The translations under genes were made by a program, and so were the position numbers. DNA of 63,899 bases, counting the filler, from Dimorphilus gyrociliatus (taxonomy: Eukaryota; Animalia; Annelida), in the NCBI GenBank assembly GCA_904063045.1. It is 5 parts of 5 records of this genome, joined end to end, with 100 filler letters (N's around TTAATTAATTAA, not from the genome) between each part and the next. Parts side by side here need not be neighbours in the genome. Positions count along the whole stretch, not along the records: positions 21,977 to 38,848 come from CAJFCJ010000212.1; positions 38,949 to 48,616 come from CAJFCJ010000259.1; positions 48,717 to 58,860 come from CAJFCJ010000277.1; 2 more parts are not named here. The stretch is one strand, 5' to 3'. The notes under the pieces were generated by a model. That model was given only the letters and a program-made list of their open reading frames with translations. It made no database searches and was not told the origin of the DNA. Each line of letters begins with the position of its first letter. Within the stretch, counting starts at the first letter, position 1. Of this stretch, positions 36,490-49,473 are shown in pieces.

Positions 36490-36780
36490 ATGACACTATT
36501 AAATATGCTACATTTTAAGTTTTCTCACATTTTAAGATATATGGAGAAAGGAGAGGTCCTAAGGAAGTTGATGGCTTTACCTTTTCTATCTGCAGATGTT
36601 ATCACTCCAACATTTTTTAGCTTGAAGTGTCAATTGGAAGAAAAGAGAAAATTTTCAGACTTACTGGAAAAGTTTGAAAGTACCTGGATTTTGAATTTTA
36701 CTTAGAAACCATTCAATTGGCCCATCTTTGGCTTATAAGGACTAATAATAATATGGATGGCTCATCAGAATGAATATTAA
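36490..36780 (+). pseudogene. Mutator (MULE) transposase C-terminal relic
   Basis: LMALPFL...F..TW...W.......RTNN-like pattern; homologous by eye to 60124-60558. Confidence 0.6.
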
Positions 36781-37959
36781 AGTACAATCAAAACAATAAT
36801 TTTATTTGTTGATTGATGAATTGAAAAGAGAGGCTGATTTGGTTTTTTTTTATGTAAAACTTCTCTCTGAGAAGATTATCAAATATCTGAGAAAAAATAT
36901 GGTGATATAAAGAACTGCTTACATTAACGCTAACTCTGTTGTAGTTGTCATCACAGTAAATGGCTGGGTGAATTTTGACCGAAATCAATGGTAGTAGACT
37001 ATACAGGAAGCCTTTCATAAATTAGTCTGGTGGGTATTTAACAAGTGACTATTCCTCACTCCCTGAAGAAGTTGGAATACCTTCCAAAATGTTATGAGTT
37101 TTTTGGGTGAATAGTAGAATACTACAGTCCAGATTTTCTAATTTGGAGAATTTGAACCTATGGGAAGGAGACTCAAGAATAGCTTATGCTAGGACTTCTA
37201 CTGTATATAGAAGTTCCTAATAGTTACACTAATCTTGTCCTAACAAGTTTACAGTGTGCGTGCAACACATAGTGGCCTGTCAGACAGTCTGTGATTGGCA
37301 GACACTGACCAAAACTGCCAACCTAACCTGTCATTAAATGGTTTCTTAGAAAACTATTACCATCATATTTGGCTTTACAACAGTTAATTCTTAACATTTT
37401 ATATTAAATTTAAATAACTATTCATCTACTTCTTTCATTTTTGCTGTTTCTGCTTGAGGTCAAATAGTTCATTCACTAAAGCAATTCTGCAGGTTGTTGA
37501 ATGTACCGTATTAGTGCTTTGTCCTATTGTGCTCATATCAAATTCTGTTCAATTGTATGAATTTATATTAGTGTACGGATGTACTGTGTTTTTTTTGGTA
37601 TATGTATATAACATAGGTGCCTAACCTACTTATCAGCCTGTTAACCATTTGTATAAAATATGGTATTGAATTAAGTCTATAAGGAATTGAAGTACACATC
37701 AGTGATGTGTTGAAATTCAAATACAATCTCTGAATAACAGTTTACAATTTTCCCTATAAATTGAGTGAAAATATAGGCAAATAGATAACAAATAGCCCTG
37801 ATTAAAAATGAATAATTTTCATATTTTCTGTTCATATATCTCTCTTGAGATTGATCATACTTAGGTTCACATGCTCTTCTCCTTCATTTTATTATTAGAC
37901 ATTAAGTTGAATATATGTTGAAATAAACGCATTTAAAAAGAAAAACAAAACTAAATACT

Positions 37960-38200
37960 ATACTAAAGAACAAGAAAGGTTGATAAATAATATCAATGCT
38001 GGAGAGTAGATTTGGTGAATCTGCATTAGTAGATATTTTATAGAGCAGGTTACAATTTCTAAAAGTACATAATACTGGAAATTCCTAATGAATTGAGTGT
38101 ATTGGTAGCCTTGAAACCAAGGGACTAGTACAAGTAGTCTTGGAAGAACAGAGAAGCCAAGAGACATTCATTGTAGTGATAAACTTCTGCTAACTGTTAA
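37960..38200 (-). mobile_element. Possible diverged LTR relic
   Basis: aattgtaacctgctctataaaatatctactaatgc resembles aatttggcaacctgctattacaaactatctactctgc of the young LTR. Confidence 0.35.
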
Positions 38201-38848
38201 CTAATGACTGTTGTTGAATTGTGTCGATTTTAAATAAATCTTGGATCAATTTCAGGATTCTCATCAGTATATTCCAAATTTGATTGTTGGTATTCTCAAC
38301 AAGCTGGAACTCATAAAAAATAAAATATATAAAATAGAATAGGCTTATGTAAAATTGAAAATGGTGACATAAGCAGTGTACAATATAAATACAATTTCTC
38401 GTCTAGACTGGTTGCCAGGTGGATATTGACTTTTATAAGTTGCTTTTAATTTAGAATCTCTTATCGATTAAATATAGAGAAGTCACAACAATATAGTTTT
38501 TGTTAGTGGGAGATTAGAGTTGGATCAGTCTCCTCCTTCGTTAGAATATGTAGAATACAAATAGTATTGCATTACTCTTGTCCAGCTATATGTTAGAATA
38601 GATTAAAAAATTCAATTTTGGACACTGAACTCAACCATTTATTCATTGGAAAGTATTTTGAGTGAGTATAACCATAAACTGTGTAGTCAAAGTGAATTTT
38701 TGGAAAATGGCTGTCTGTTCCCTATACAATTTAACAATGTATTATATTGTTAATCATTTAGATGAAGTCCACAAAGAAACCAAGAGGAAAAGCACTTTAA
38801 TTCCTCCATCAATTGGTAATTATATGTTGTTGAAAAGACTCAAGAAAA

Positions 38849-38948
38849 NNNNNNNNNNNNNNNNNNNNNNNNNNNNNNNNNNNNNNNNNNNNTTAATTAA
38901 TTAANNNNNNNNNNNNNNNNNNNNNNNNNNNNNNNNNNNNNNNNNNNN
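38849..38948. other. Artificial contig spacer
   Basis: N44-TTAATTAATTAA-N44. Confidence 0.97.
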
Positions 38949-41024
38949 TTTCAATGTTAGATTTAGAAATTTTAAACAATGATATAATTAAAAATGTATC
39001 TAGAACATTTGATTTTGATCATCATTAAATATTTTTAAATTTTCAAATGCTCTCATCATCAAACAACTGTTGCATATATGTATTTTAACATTTGGACAAT
39101 AAATAGTTTCTTGTGGGCATGTTTCACCAGAACAATTTCATCTAAGCATTTTCCTGAACTAATAATATCTTTATTACAAGAATTTTTCAGTTCACTTTTT
39201 ATGGTTATTTTCTTTTCAAGATCCTGTACTCTTTTGTGGGAATGTGACATCTTTCCAGGATAAAAGTTGTTCCCCTGCTGGCTGTTGCTGAACATTTGTG
39301 TCTTTTCTTTTCCTAACACCACAAATCCGGAATGTTATTTTGTTTCTTTTTTCTTTTATATTATAAGAGAATTTGTTGAAAAGTTGTACACTTAGACATA
39401 ACGACATATTGTTATAAAACACCTAATTTCCTAAACACAATTAATTATAATATTATTAATAAATAATTCTAGTCTCTTTCTAATCCATTAATTAGCCAGA
39501 ACAACTTAATACTTGGATTAACTAAATGAATTCTGGAAATTGATTGATGCAAACAAAGACAGTTTTATAGAATTCTGTTCTTATTCATTTATAATATATT
39601 GTCTCTTCTTGGTTTTTGGTATGTTATCCTACCTTCTGGTCAAATGTGGGTTAGAACAATTGGAGAATTGTGTTTCTCTTTTTTGATAAAGTCCACAAAA
39701 AACCATAACAAACTCTGTTATTTGGAAAATGGTTAACCTTAAAATGAGTCATTTAGGAGTCTTGCAACAACAATCAGTAAGCCATGTGTTACAAATAGGA
39801 AGGCACTGAACGTTATTCTCTCATTTAGTTAGATAGGATTTTATATCTGCTCAGAGAGAGAGAAAGAAAGATCTATATTTTATTCCACTGACTTTCAGCA
39901 TTGAGCATTTATATGTATCATTTTTTCTATAATTTTGGAGTAAATATCAATTAAACCTTTATTTGTGATGGAAAATGAAAGAAACGAGAAATTGAAATTT
40001 TCAAGCAAGTCTTCCATAAACAACAAAACTGTTGTTAAAATTACTCTCTGTAGATGGTGTTCACAGTTGATTATTGAAGATAAATCTGTTGGTTTTGACT
40101 TTAAACTATGTACAGATTGCTTTCTTTTGCTTCAATATATTGATTAAATTTTAAACTGAAGATATTTGATGGATAACCATGAATATAAGAATTTCGCAAT
40201 ACATTACAATTTTTTTATGTTGTGTACTATAAATTATTTATCAATTTCTTTATATTTTATTTGTAAAAATATCTTTTATTCAAAATAAAATTCAAAATTT
40301 AAATTTCATATTTAAATGAAATTGTCTTTCACCTGCTCGAAAAGGGAACAAAAGGGTAACAGGATATGACTCACCTATAGTTTCATTCAAGTTTTCTTAA
40401 GTCTGGTTGTATGGTTATAAGGTTTTATGATCTATATATGCCTAATCCTAACTTAACCTAGCCTACATGATAGTTACAGCAGTGAATGATCAATCATCAT
40501 CTTATGCATTGAATGCAGTTATAGATTAGCAAACAAGTCTGAAGGAAAAATCAATCCAACAGTGTTGGAATGGTAAATAGAGGTAATATGAATTTTAGAT
40601 TAAGAAACCTGTTATTTCTGAACTCAGCACAATATCTTCTAGTGAATAAGCTATTTAAATTAGCCCTGAATTAATAATAAAGGTGCTGGTTAATGTTTTA
40701 TGTATTTATCTTATGGAATTATTGGCTATCAATCCTCTCCTGAAGTTCTTTTCTTGTAAATTAGATCATTTATGAGCTGATAAACCCCAAATTCATTAAT
40801 CTGCTCTTTGTGAAAAAAGAAAGAATTATGATAAACAAATTGTCCATTTTATCCATAACCCAATTACGATTATTAATATTAATTATCTTTTTAATATGAG
40901 TAAATTCTATCAGTTTGTCATATTCATGTTGTTTAAATAAAAAAATTAATGAGTGAATGGTTGACGGATATTTTAATAATACATAATATTTGAATTTACA
41001 GAGAAAGTGAAAATTTTTTCCTAC

Positions 41025-41354
41025 CACATCCAGTTATTGGAGGTCCATAGTGAACACCACCATTAGCAGGTTTAAAATCTGATGGTATTTCGTATCTAGT
41101 TTTATCATTAAGGAAACATTGTAAAGGAGATTGGTGGAAATCAATTGACCTTCCAGCAACAAAAAAAGTATATTATATAAGATCCTTTATGTGATGTTAA
41201 ATGCATTAATACACATACTTGCATGGCGTCGTATTCATACAAAGAGCTTTACAGGCTTCCAGCGGTATCTCAGCATGAAAATTGTTACCATGGTTAGGAA
41301 GGATAATATCATGGGAATGGATTGTTGAACCAATGTAAACCTCATCAAAACATG
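41025..41354 (-). CDS. PAN/Apple domain, two exons (41354-41219 and 41149-41025)
   Basis: CFDEVYIG...ACKALCMNTTPCK|SIDFHQSPLQCFLNDKTRYEIPSDFKP...GC; 69-nt GT-AG intron in phase. Confidence 0.65.
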
Positions 41355-42702
41355 CTACAAACAAAAAAGTGAGAGCGAGAGAAAGAGGGAAATAATTAAC
41401 ATACTTTTATTTTCAAATGCAATAGCACTCCAAAATACAGTGAAGAGAAAAAAATTCATTTGCTTTTTCCTGTTCGCAAAAAGTATTTGCAATATGTCTA
41501 AGAGATTAAACTAACATATTCAAGACCAAACAGTTTGTATGAATTTGTATTCAATATATAAGACATGCGTATTAATAATCTAATGTTCTTTTGTTGATTA
41601 AATAGACCTTTTTCTGCGACTTAAATTATTATAGACAACAAATTTATCAATAAAAATTGATCTTTCCCTATATATAAAAAAAGGCCTTTATTAAAAGAAT
41701 AACTTTCACAATAATTTGCTGATTCAAAAAATATTGTTAAATACAGATTTTTTCATTTTCTGTCTAGTTATATTTTAAACAAATTATTAATTAATAATAA
41801 ATAATTAAGATATGATACGCTATCTTCAACGGAAAATTTACAATTTTTCATGTACCATCAAACAACCAATAAAAAAGAGATGTAATGCTAATGTTATATT
41901 TTAGCTAAAATTTCTCAATAGTTTCACAGGCTACAGAATGTTAATTTATTCTGTTTTTAATACAACATTTCAAAGAAGTTAAAGGTTGAAATGATATTAA
42001 AGAATTTGGAAATAAAACGTCATGCTTGCTGCATATCGAGAAATATATCTCGAATGAGTTGCAAAATATGATACCCACAAGAAATACAATGTTAGAAACC
42101 TCTTGTTGAGTTCTCGTTATGTTTAATAAAAAATTTCCTAAACAAAAATGTTATCTATACTTATTTTTGTAGCACACTGTGCAAATGTATCTGTACTTTC
42201 CTGCTGAGGTTGTAGGTAAGTACTGGTCCAAATAGAACTGAATCAGAAGTAAGCCACTTAGAAGAGAGATGTAGAATTGAGGGAGGATGAATATAGAACC
42301 AAAACGTAAGACATAATATAACTGTATACACAATACTGTTGGATAGTGAATATAATCAAAACTTAGAATTGAAGCATAATTGATAATTAATTGAAGTCAA
42401 AATGACCCTTAAGAGGATGACCTAACCCTGTCTCTTTCACATACATTCACTCTGACACATTTAAATACTGACACACAGCATATCAGGCATACACTGTTCT
42501 GGTGTGAATGTATGTGAATATGGGGTCAACAGAAAAGTTCTCTCTTCAATAAAATGATACAAAGATAATCTTTCAATTTTTCTATTATCCTCCTTAATTA
42601 AATAAACAGGAAATACTAATAACTTCCTGTGTCATGGCTGCTCATATTATGTAATATCAGAGAAAACTCGTAAATGTAGAAGATATGTAATGTTTGTAAT
42701 AA

Positions 42703-43730
42703 TCACAGATTAATATATTTATGGGCCGTTATCTCCCAAAAGTAGGCCGTTTTCTCCCAATCCCATTGGCTACATCTTCTTTTATATGTGAGCCATAATA
42801 TGAATGAAGTTCCAATAATAATTATTGTTGGAAATGCAATGCTAATCAGCATTTTGGTTGGAGTTTTTAGCCATAATGAAAATAAATGTTGATGTGTTGA
42901 CATACTTGAGTCAATTCCTAATTCATTAGCAAAGTTGATATGCTTGCTATGCCTAGTTAAAGTGTCTTGTATGTAGTCAATAACTTGTTGGAACTGTTGG
43001 TGTTTTTTGCCAACATCATCTTTTATACATAATTTTAGTAACTCAGTGAGCCTTGCAACTTCCAGTTTTGGTTCTTCAATTACATTGCTGTTTTTCATTC
43101 TGATTGACCAATGTTTTCATTTCTTATGTGTACCCAATCACCAATTTTGTAAGTTGGTGGTTTTCTTGTAATAGCTTTATTAACTCTATCTCTATATTTC
43201 TTCTTTTTTAGAACAGATTTACAAAGTGCTGTTGCTCTAATTTCTTCAAGTTCATGTTTTCTATCAAATAAGAATTTTGTTGTTGGTTCTAATCTTGGAA
43301 CTTCCATTAATAGATCTAAGACATTTCTATTCTTCAATCCAAATAATATTTCATGTGGGGTTTTGCCAGTGCTTCCAACTGGAATTTGATTTAAACATGT
43401 CTGAATTATTGGCAATTGCCTTGCCCAATCTGTCAATTGTTCCATAGCTACATGTTTATGTAGTGCTTTGCGAAATTCCAAATTCTTTCTTTCTACCATT
43501 CCATTACTTTGGCTATGGAATGCTGTTGTTTTAATTTTTCGTATTCCCATTGATGTTACCATTTCTGTAAAGATTTCGCCAAGAAAACTCCTTCCTTGAT
43601 CTGTGAGAATTTCTTCTGGGATACCAAATATTGGGAAATAGTTGAAAAACAAATGTTTAGAAATTTCCTCAGCTGCTTGAGTTTTTAGAGGGAATAAGTT
43701 GGTAAATCTGGACATGGATCTCAATGGATT
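42703..43730 (-). mobile_element. Second env-bearing Gypsy-type element, internally deleted: integrase core joined directly to the env C-terminus
   Basis: IN: ILTDQGRSF...TTAFHSQSNGMVER...TPHEILFG...YKIGDWVHIRN. Env tail EPKLEVARLTELL...QVI...TM aligns to EPKIEIARLADLL...QVI of the 29962 env. Confidence 0.85.
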
Positions 43731-43785
43731 GAAAATTCAGTCCTAAATACTTTTACGCTTTTTTAACTCTTTTATCAAATTATCT

Positions 43786-44008
43786 ATTGAATGTGGAAAT
43801 TCAACATTTAACTGTTCTAAAGATAGATTTTGTATTAGTTTGGTACAAGTCTGTGATGGTATTAAAGACTGTTTTTCTGGAGAAGATGAAAGAAATTGTT
43901 CAGGTCTTACAACATTTAAATGTATACTTAACAATGAACCAATTGCATATCAACTGGTATGTGATTTTAATCAAGACTGTTCTGACAATTCTGATGAATT
44001 GTTTTGTG
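43786..44008 (+). CDS. Exon with two LDL-receptor class A repeats
   Basis: ECGNSTFNCSKDRFCISLVQVCDGIKDCFSGEDERNC...FKC...VCDFNQDCSDNSDELFC, donor g|gtaatt. Confidence 0.8.
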
Positions 44009-44569
44009 GTAATTTCATTTTTATTAAAAATTCCATTCCTATTTTCTCAAATAATTTAAATACAGATAGAGAAATCTGTGATAAAAACAACCAGTTTTTT
44101 CAGCTAATTATTATTTCTTGAACATTTATTTATTCCAGTATTTAAAAAACTGTAGACAATGCAAAAATGGCCAATGTATTCTTACTCATAAAGTTAGTTA
44201 TATTTCATTTATTAGGCAGCTCTGTTGATGTTTCTTCAATATCGGATTGTTGGAAAACACCTCCAAATGAGATATTTGGAGATTAGATTTTGAGCTAAAA
44301 AATATATTATAAGGAATAAGATAGCTGGGGATTTGTACTTAGAGGGGAATCATGTGAGGAGTTCCCACTAAATACCAACAAACTCTTATTATTTTTGCAC
44401 GTATACAAAACATTACTTTCCAAAATTAGTAAAAGCTTTTCCATCTTTTGAATTTGCCCCGTACAGTGGTCTAGTATGCAATTGTTCAACATACTTAAAA
44501 TAAATCTTAAATTTTTTTGATTAACTGATTCCCTTGAGAATAAAGGTTTGGTGCTTTTTATGATTAAGA

Positions 44570-44705
44570 AAAATTCAATTTCATTGATTTTTTTCCATGT
44601 TAAGCCAAACTAAAGATTAGGGTTAAAAAGGAGAAATTATTGAACCAGCCGTTGGATTAGGGTTGAGTAAAAACGCAAATGGGAAACGTTTTGTCCGCCA
44701 TCCTA
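44570..44705 (+). repeat. Copy of the dispersed repeat seen at 20685
   Basis: Same conserved blocks as the 20685 copy. Confidence 0.6.
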
Positions 44706-46549
44706 AACAATCTATCAATCAGTTTTCTAATGTAATCATGTGAATACTGGTAATATTCAGTAGAATTGGCAATCAGTTTATTTAGATACAGACGTTGGCA
44801 ACACCAACTCGTGATGAAATTTGACTTTAACAAAATAGATTTATGGTGGATAAAATGTGAACAATTATATCATCAAAATATTGTATAGGCCAAGTGAATG
44901 TACATAAAAACCCTGAATTTAAAAATTGCTTTGCTTAAGTTTAAGGTTACAGATATAATTATTTTGCATAGTTAAACAATAATATTCCCATATATGCTTA
45001 AGTTTGATGTATGAATAGAAGTTTTTCTATGACAACAGTAATACTATTTTCAGACGAACATTCAAGATTTCCGTCATTAACTGAACTTTTGTCAGATCTT
45101 ACAACATTTAAATTAACCTATAATATTCTAATCTAAAATAAAAATATTATTAGTTCGTTCTCTATAAAATAATTAATCCTGAAGAGGCGTTGGACTTCAA
45201 GGAATAACATGATATATTCAGCAACTTTCAATATATTGGTGATTTCAATTCAACCGGTTTCCTACTATTTAATTGAAACTTATTGACAAATTACATAAAA
45301 TAGATAGAAACAAAACGATTAATATTAACGATGAATTCAATGGTTAGGGTTAGGTTAGGTTACACATCTTTCCATAATATCCAATAAAGGCCATATTCTT
45401 GACAAATTGAAAAGGTTATCCCATTGTAAACCATATTAAGGTCTATCTTTTTTATAAAATCAACTTTGGAAAATTAAACGTCATGGAAAATGTTAGCATC
45501 TTCTTTTTCGGCAGTTAAAATTTTGGATAGAATTATTTTGCAAAAACTTTGCCTCACCTTCTTCAATGACCCTAACCTTTAGAACATATCAAGAGTTATC
45601 TTATTCAACACAACCTTTTCCCAGGTTTTTTTATTTTTCAAAAGAAAACCTTTGCCAAACACTATTGATTTATAATAGAACTTTGAAGGAAGGAGAAGAA
45701 GAGACGCTAGTAGGCTTTCATATTTTTCAATATCCAATTTTGGAGTAAAAGTATACATTGCTAATCTATTGTTGAATTCCGTTAAATCTTTGGAATTAAT
45801 TATATTGAAGACATTCCACTAACAAGTTTATTAATTGCCTCATCGTTTACCGTCATTTTCTTTACCATAAAATATTCATGAAAATAGATAAAGAAATCTT
45901 ATAGTTCTATAACACGTTTTAAATAGTACTTAGTGCTGAGATATTCTTTCAAAGCCATATGTTGCCTCTCAAATATATATGACAATTCAACAACTGTTAT
46001 ATTGCCGTTGAAATACTTTCAAACTACCTGACAAATCTCAAGCAATTTCTTGGCGTTTAGAATAGTACAAACAACTTCAGATAATTCTCTATGGTCTTTT
46101 AACAAGTCCAAATCAATATAATATGAAAAAGAAGCAATTACTATTTCATATGTATGTTTTACAGCTGGAAAAAACGGTAACTTTGGATTTTTTGAATATG
46201 CCTTTAAAACAAGCAACGATAGTGCAATTCCGCATTCTGTATAGATGAATAAAAAATACGCTATTTTCTTTTATATTAACTCATCCATTTGTTAAACAGG
46301 AAGCAGTTTATAATAAGTTCAATCAGAGTATTTGAGGTAATTCAATTGTCAAATATCCAGTGCAATTTCTTGTGGGTCAGCCTGTAAGAACTGTTAAAAT
46401 TAAGAAAACCATTGTTATTAGAAAGAATTAGGAACGAAGAAAAAAATTCAACTTGAAAATTTATTATCAAAGAGTACAAATATAAGTAGTTCAAGGTCTT
46501 CAAAGAAAAGTAACAAAATTAATTTATCTATCTCTTATGGGTAACTAAC

Positions 46550-46854
46550 TTTAGTTTCAAATATACAATGGTCAAAAGAACTTGCATTTCTACTACAATG
46601 AATTGTCTCGTATAGCTCAGTAAGTTTACTTTCTTTAAAAGGATTATCATTAATGATATAATTTGGATCTTTAATGATAGTTCCATAAGCAAATCCAAAA
46701 AATGTACATAATCTTACTGATTCAAATTGTTTAATATATTTAAATTTACGCCAAATTCCATAATGGAATAGTTGAAGTAGTCGAGAAAAAGTAGTAAAGT
46801 TATGTTTTTCATTGATATATAGTATATGCTGATGTTGATTAATTAACCTGATAC
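46550..46854 (-). CDS. SRCR (scavenger receptor Cys-rich)-like exon
   Basis: Acceptor ttag|GT ATC AGG: IRLINQ...RLLQLFHYGIW...VRLCTFFGFAYG...IHCSRNASSFDHC; open for ~100 codons. Confidence 0.6.
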
Positions 46855-48616
46855 CTAACAGTTAACAGGCAGAGAGGTGAAATAAAAAGAGAAATAGATA
46901 TTTAAGTTTTAAAGAATATCTTACCCCGTTTTGTTTGAGAGTTTTCGCAAATTGGATCATATACACTTACTTTCAATTTTTAAATGGTGGTAAATTACTG
47001 TTCAATTGAAAAAATGAACAAATAACTCTTGTGAAATATTTAGACTCTGAATCTCATATCATTGAAATTTCCTTATTTATTAAGACATTGCCAGAGATAT
47101 CAAAAGAATTTTCTAAAGTTTTTTCATAAATGAATAAACTACTTTACAAATTTCACTTTTGTTGATAGATTTATCAAAGAAAATATTAAAACTTTGCTGT
47201 TGGTATCTTAGAAATGTTGGATAGAAATTTTTCTTAATTTTAAATGTAAATTTATCTTTGGAAGAAAGGAAAAAATATATTTTTAAAATAAACATTCCAT
47301 ACTTACATGAATAGTCTTTTTTGAAGCATTTTAGTAATGATCCTTGTTCAGTTGTTGAATTCTCCAATAAACTGTTAAAAGAAGAAAGAGAAGAAAGGCT
47401 TTTTCTATTTTTGTATTTATGCTTACACAATACAACATGAATCCATATAGTTTAACCTCCTAGTGAGTACGGTTTCACCTTCGTTCATTTTGTGCCTAGG
47501 TAAACAGAAATTTTCTGCATTGTTTTTATAGCAGTCTTGGCGGTTTTTCAAAAACTTTTGAAACTTTCTCTAATGAAACAATGAGTTTGACCCTACTCAT
47601 TCTGAGCATTACACTTTGCCTTTCCATAACAAATGTTTCCTTTGAGGAGAAGATGGCAAAAAAACAATTATTTTTTTAATTTTCTTCCTATACTTCTTTC
47701 AATTAATAAATTTTATTCTACAAACTTCAAAACCATTTTCATTATTTATCACTTGACATATCATGTGACTTTTCATCTTTCATTATTTCCTAAAATATTA
47801 AATAATAATAATAGCAAATACTTTTACAGCCATTTTGATTTTTTTTGAGGATGCCCAAATTGTATTGTATGAAACTTAATACTGTTATAACATAACAGAC
47901 ATAAACAATAACAATTCATGTCTATGCTTTTGTTTAGTTATCAAATCGTAATTAAAACTCATAACATAGGCCTTTACATTATATAGTACAAATATTAATA
48001 TAATTTGTGCTTGTTCTTCCAACTACGAAATTTTCAGCTGCTTTTAAAAAGTGACTGTCAAAATTATTAATTATGAACAAAGTCTATTTAGTATATTGGC
48101 CTGCTTTCAATAAAATTCTTATAGGACTTTGGTATATAGAGCTTTTCTTTTCATGGACAATTCATAAATAATTGAATTAAGAGTAAAAGTAAATGACAGC
48201 TGACCATGCTTTAATATATCGCATGGAAAAATTTACATATTACAATATTATTTTGGGTGCAACCTATTCTTCTATCTTCATGCTCTCCAACTCTATTTGT
48301 TATATCAATTTTGTTTCAGAGATCATATCAGGGTTCCACACAATACTGTGTTGATCTCTGATCAATTTTCAAACATTAGTCTGTGGACTATGGTATTAGT
48401 AATATTATATTAGATCTGTTTTTATTTGCCTTGTAGGCATAGTGATAGTATATTTAGAAAATAAAGTAATAAATTTACAGTTGTTACTTTGCACTACAAA
48501 AAGAATTTCTGCCAAATAATCCATAATTATAAATTTCATAATAGTATAATAAAAGTAATGGGGTTTTCTATTAAATATGAATATAAATTTGCTATTGAAT
48601 ATAGAAAACGTTGAGT

Positions 48617-48716
48617 NNNNNNNNNNNNNNNNNNNNNNNNNNNNNNNNNNNNNNNNNNNNTTAATTAATTAANNNNNNNNNNNNNNNNNNNNNNNNNNNN
48701 NNNNNNNNNNNNNNNN
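48617..48716. other. Artificial contig spacer
   Basis: N44-TTAATTAATTAA-N44. Confidence 0.97.
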
Positions 48717-49115
48717 TTCTTAATTTATAATAAAAAGTTAATATAAGTGTTAAATGTAGATTTTTGATTCGTATTGTATTTTGTTAGTTTAAAATCGAGA
48801 ATTTATGAAACATCAAATTTTTATTATTTTTAAACTAAAACATAGTTTGTAGATAGTCAGAAAACTAAATCCTTGAAAAGATACTCTAAGTCAATTTTTA
48901 AATATTTTTTTAAAAAAGTAGATCTATTGATAATTTCATATTTGTGAATATCATTTTAAATAGCTATATATTTACCAAGTTTACATTTATATTTAAAATA
49001 ATTTAACTTCATAATTTAAGCAGAATATAATTTTTGTTTTTTTGCTTTATTTCTATAGTATAATATTTCAATAAGACTAGAAAAAGTTTAAAATAATAAT
49101 ACCCCCTTTTTAGAG

Positions 49116-49421
49116 ATGTCAAAGGATTTTAAAAAATTGTTAGAACTAGCACTCTCGTCTAAAAACCAACTAATAGATGATGAATTGCTTAATGAGAAAG
49201 ACAAAAAAAAGGTAGAGGGCTGTGGAAGCACAATAGACAGAAAACGAAAGCCTTGTGCGAATTGTAACTGCTCTAATTCAAAAACTATAGAAACCCCAAA
49301 AAAGAAGTCGGCATGTGGAAGTTGCTATTTGGGAGATGCGTTTAGATGCGCTGGGTGTCCGTATCTTGGGATGCCTTCTTTTGAAGTTGGAGAAGATGTT
49401 TTATTAGATTCTGATGAATAA
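49116..49421 (+). CDS. DRE2: Minimal anamorsin/Dre2 (Fe-S motifs only)
   Basis: C-x10-C-x2-C-x-C ([18 protein letters not shown]) and C-x2-C-x7-C-x2-C ([23 protein letters not shown]); no N-terminal methyltransferase-like domain. Confidence 0.92.
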   Translation: MSKDFKKLLELALSSKNQLIDDELLNEKDKKKVEGCGSTIDRKRKPCANCNCSNSKTIETPKKKSACGSCYLGDAFRCAGCPYLGMPSFEVGEDVLLDSDE

Positions 49422-49473
49422 AATTATGTTTTTACAAGATTATTTTTCATAATAAAATTTAATTTAAACACTT

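Noticed and set aside
38401-38415. TGGCAACC as a primer-binding site
   Set aside because: It is not directly downstream of a definable LTR end, and the tRNA match cannot be verified.
45340-45362. TTAGGG/TTAGG repeats as a telomere
   Set aside because: Only 2-4 degenerate units, internal, and embedded in dispersed repeats.
47850-48616. Possible second 7TM/LGR relic (YGLFGRNSFC)
   Set aside because: Stops in all frames and only one short motif; not supportable.
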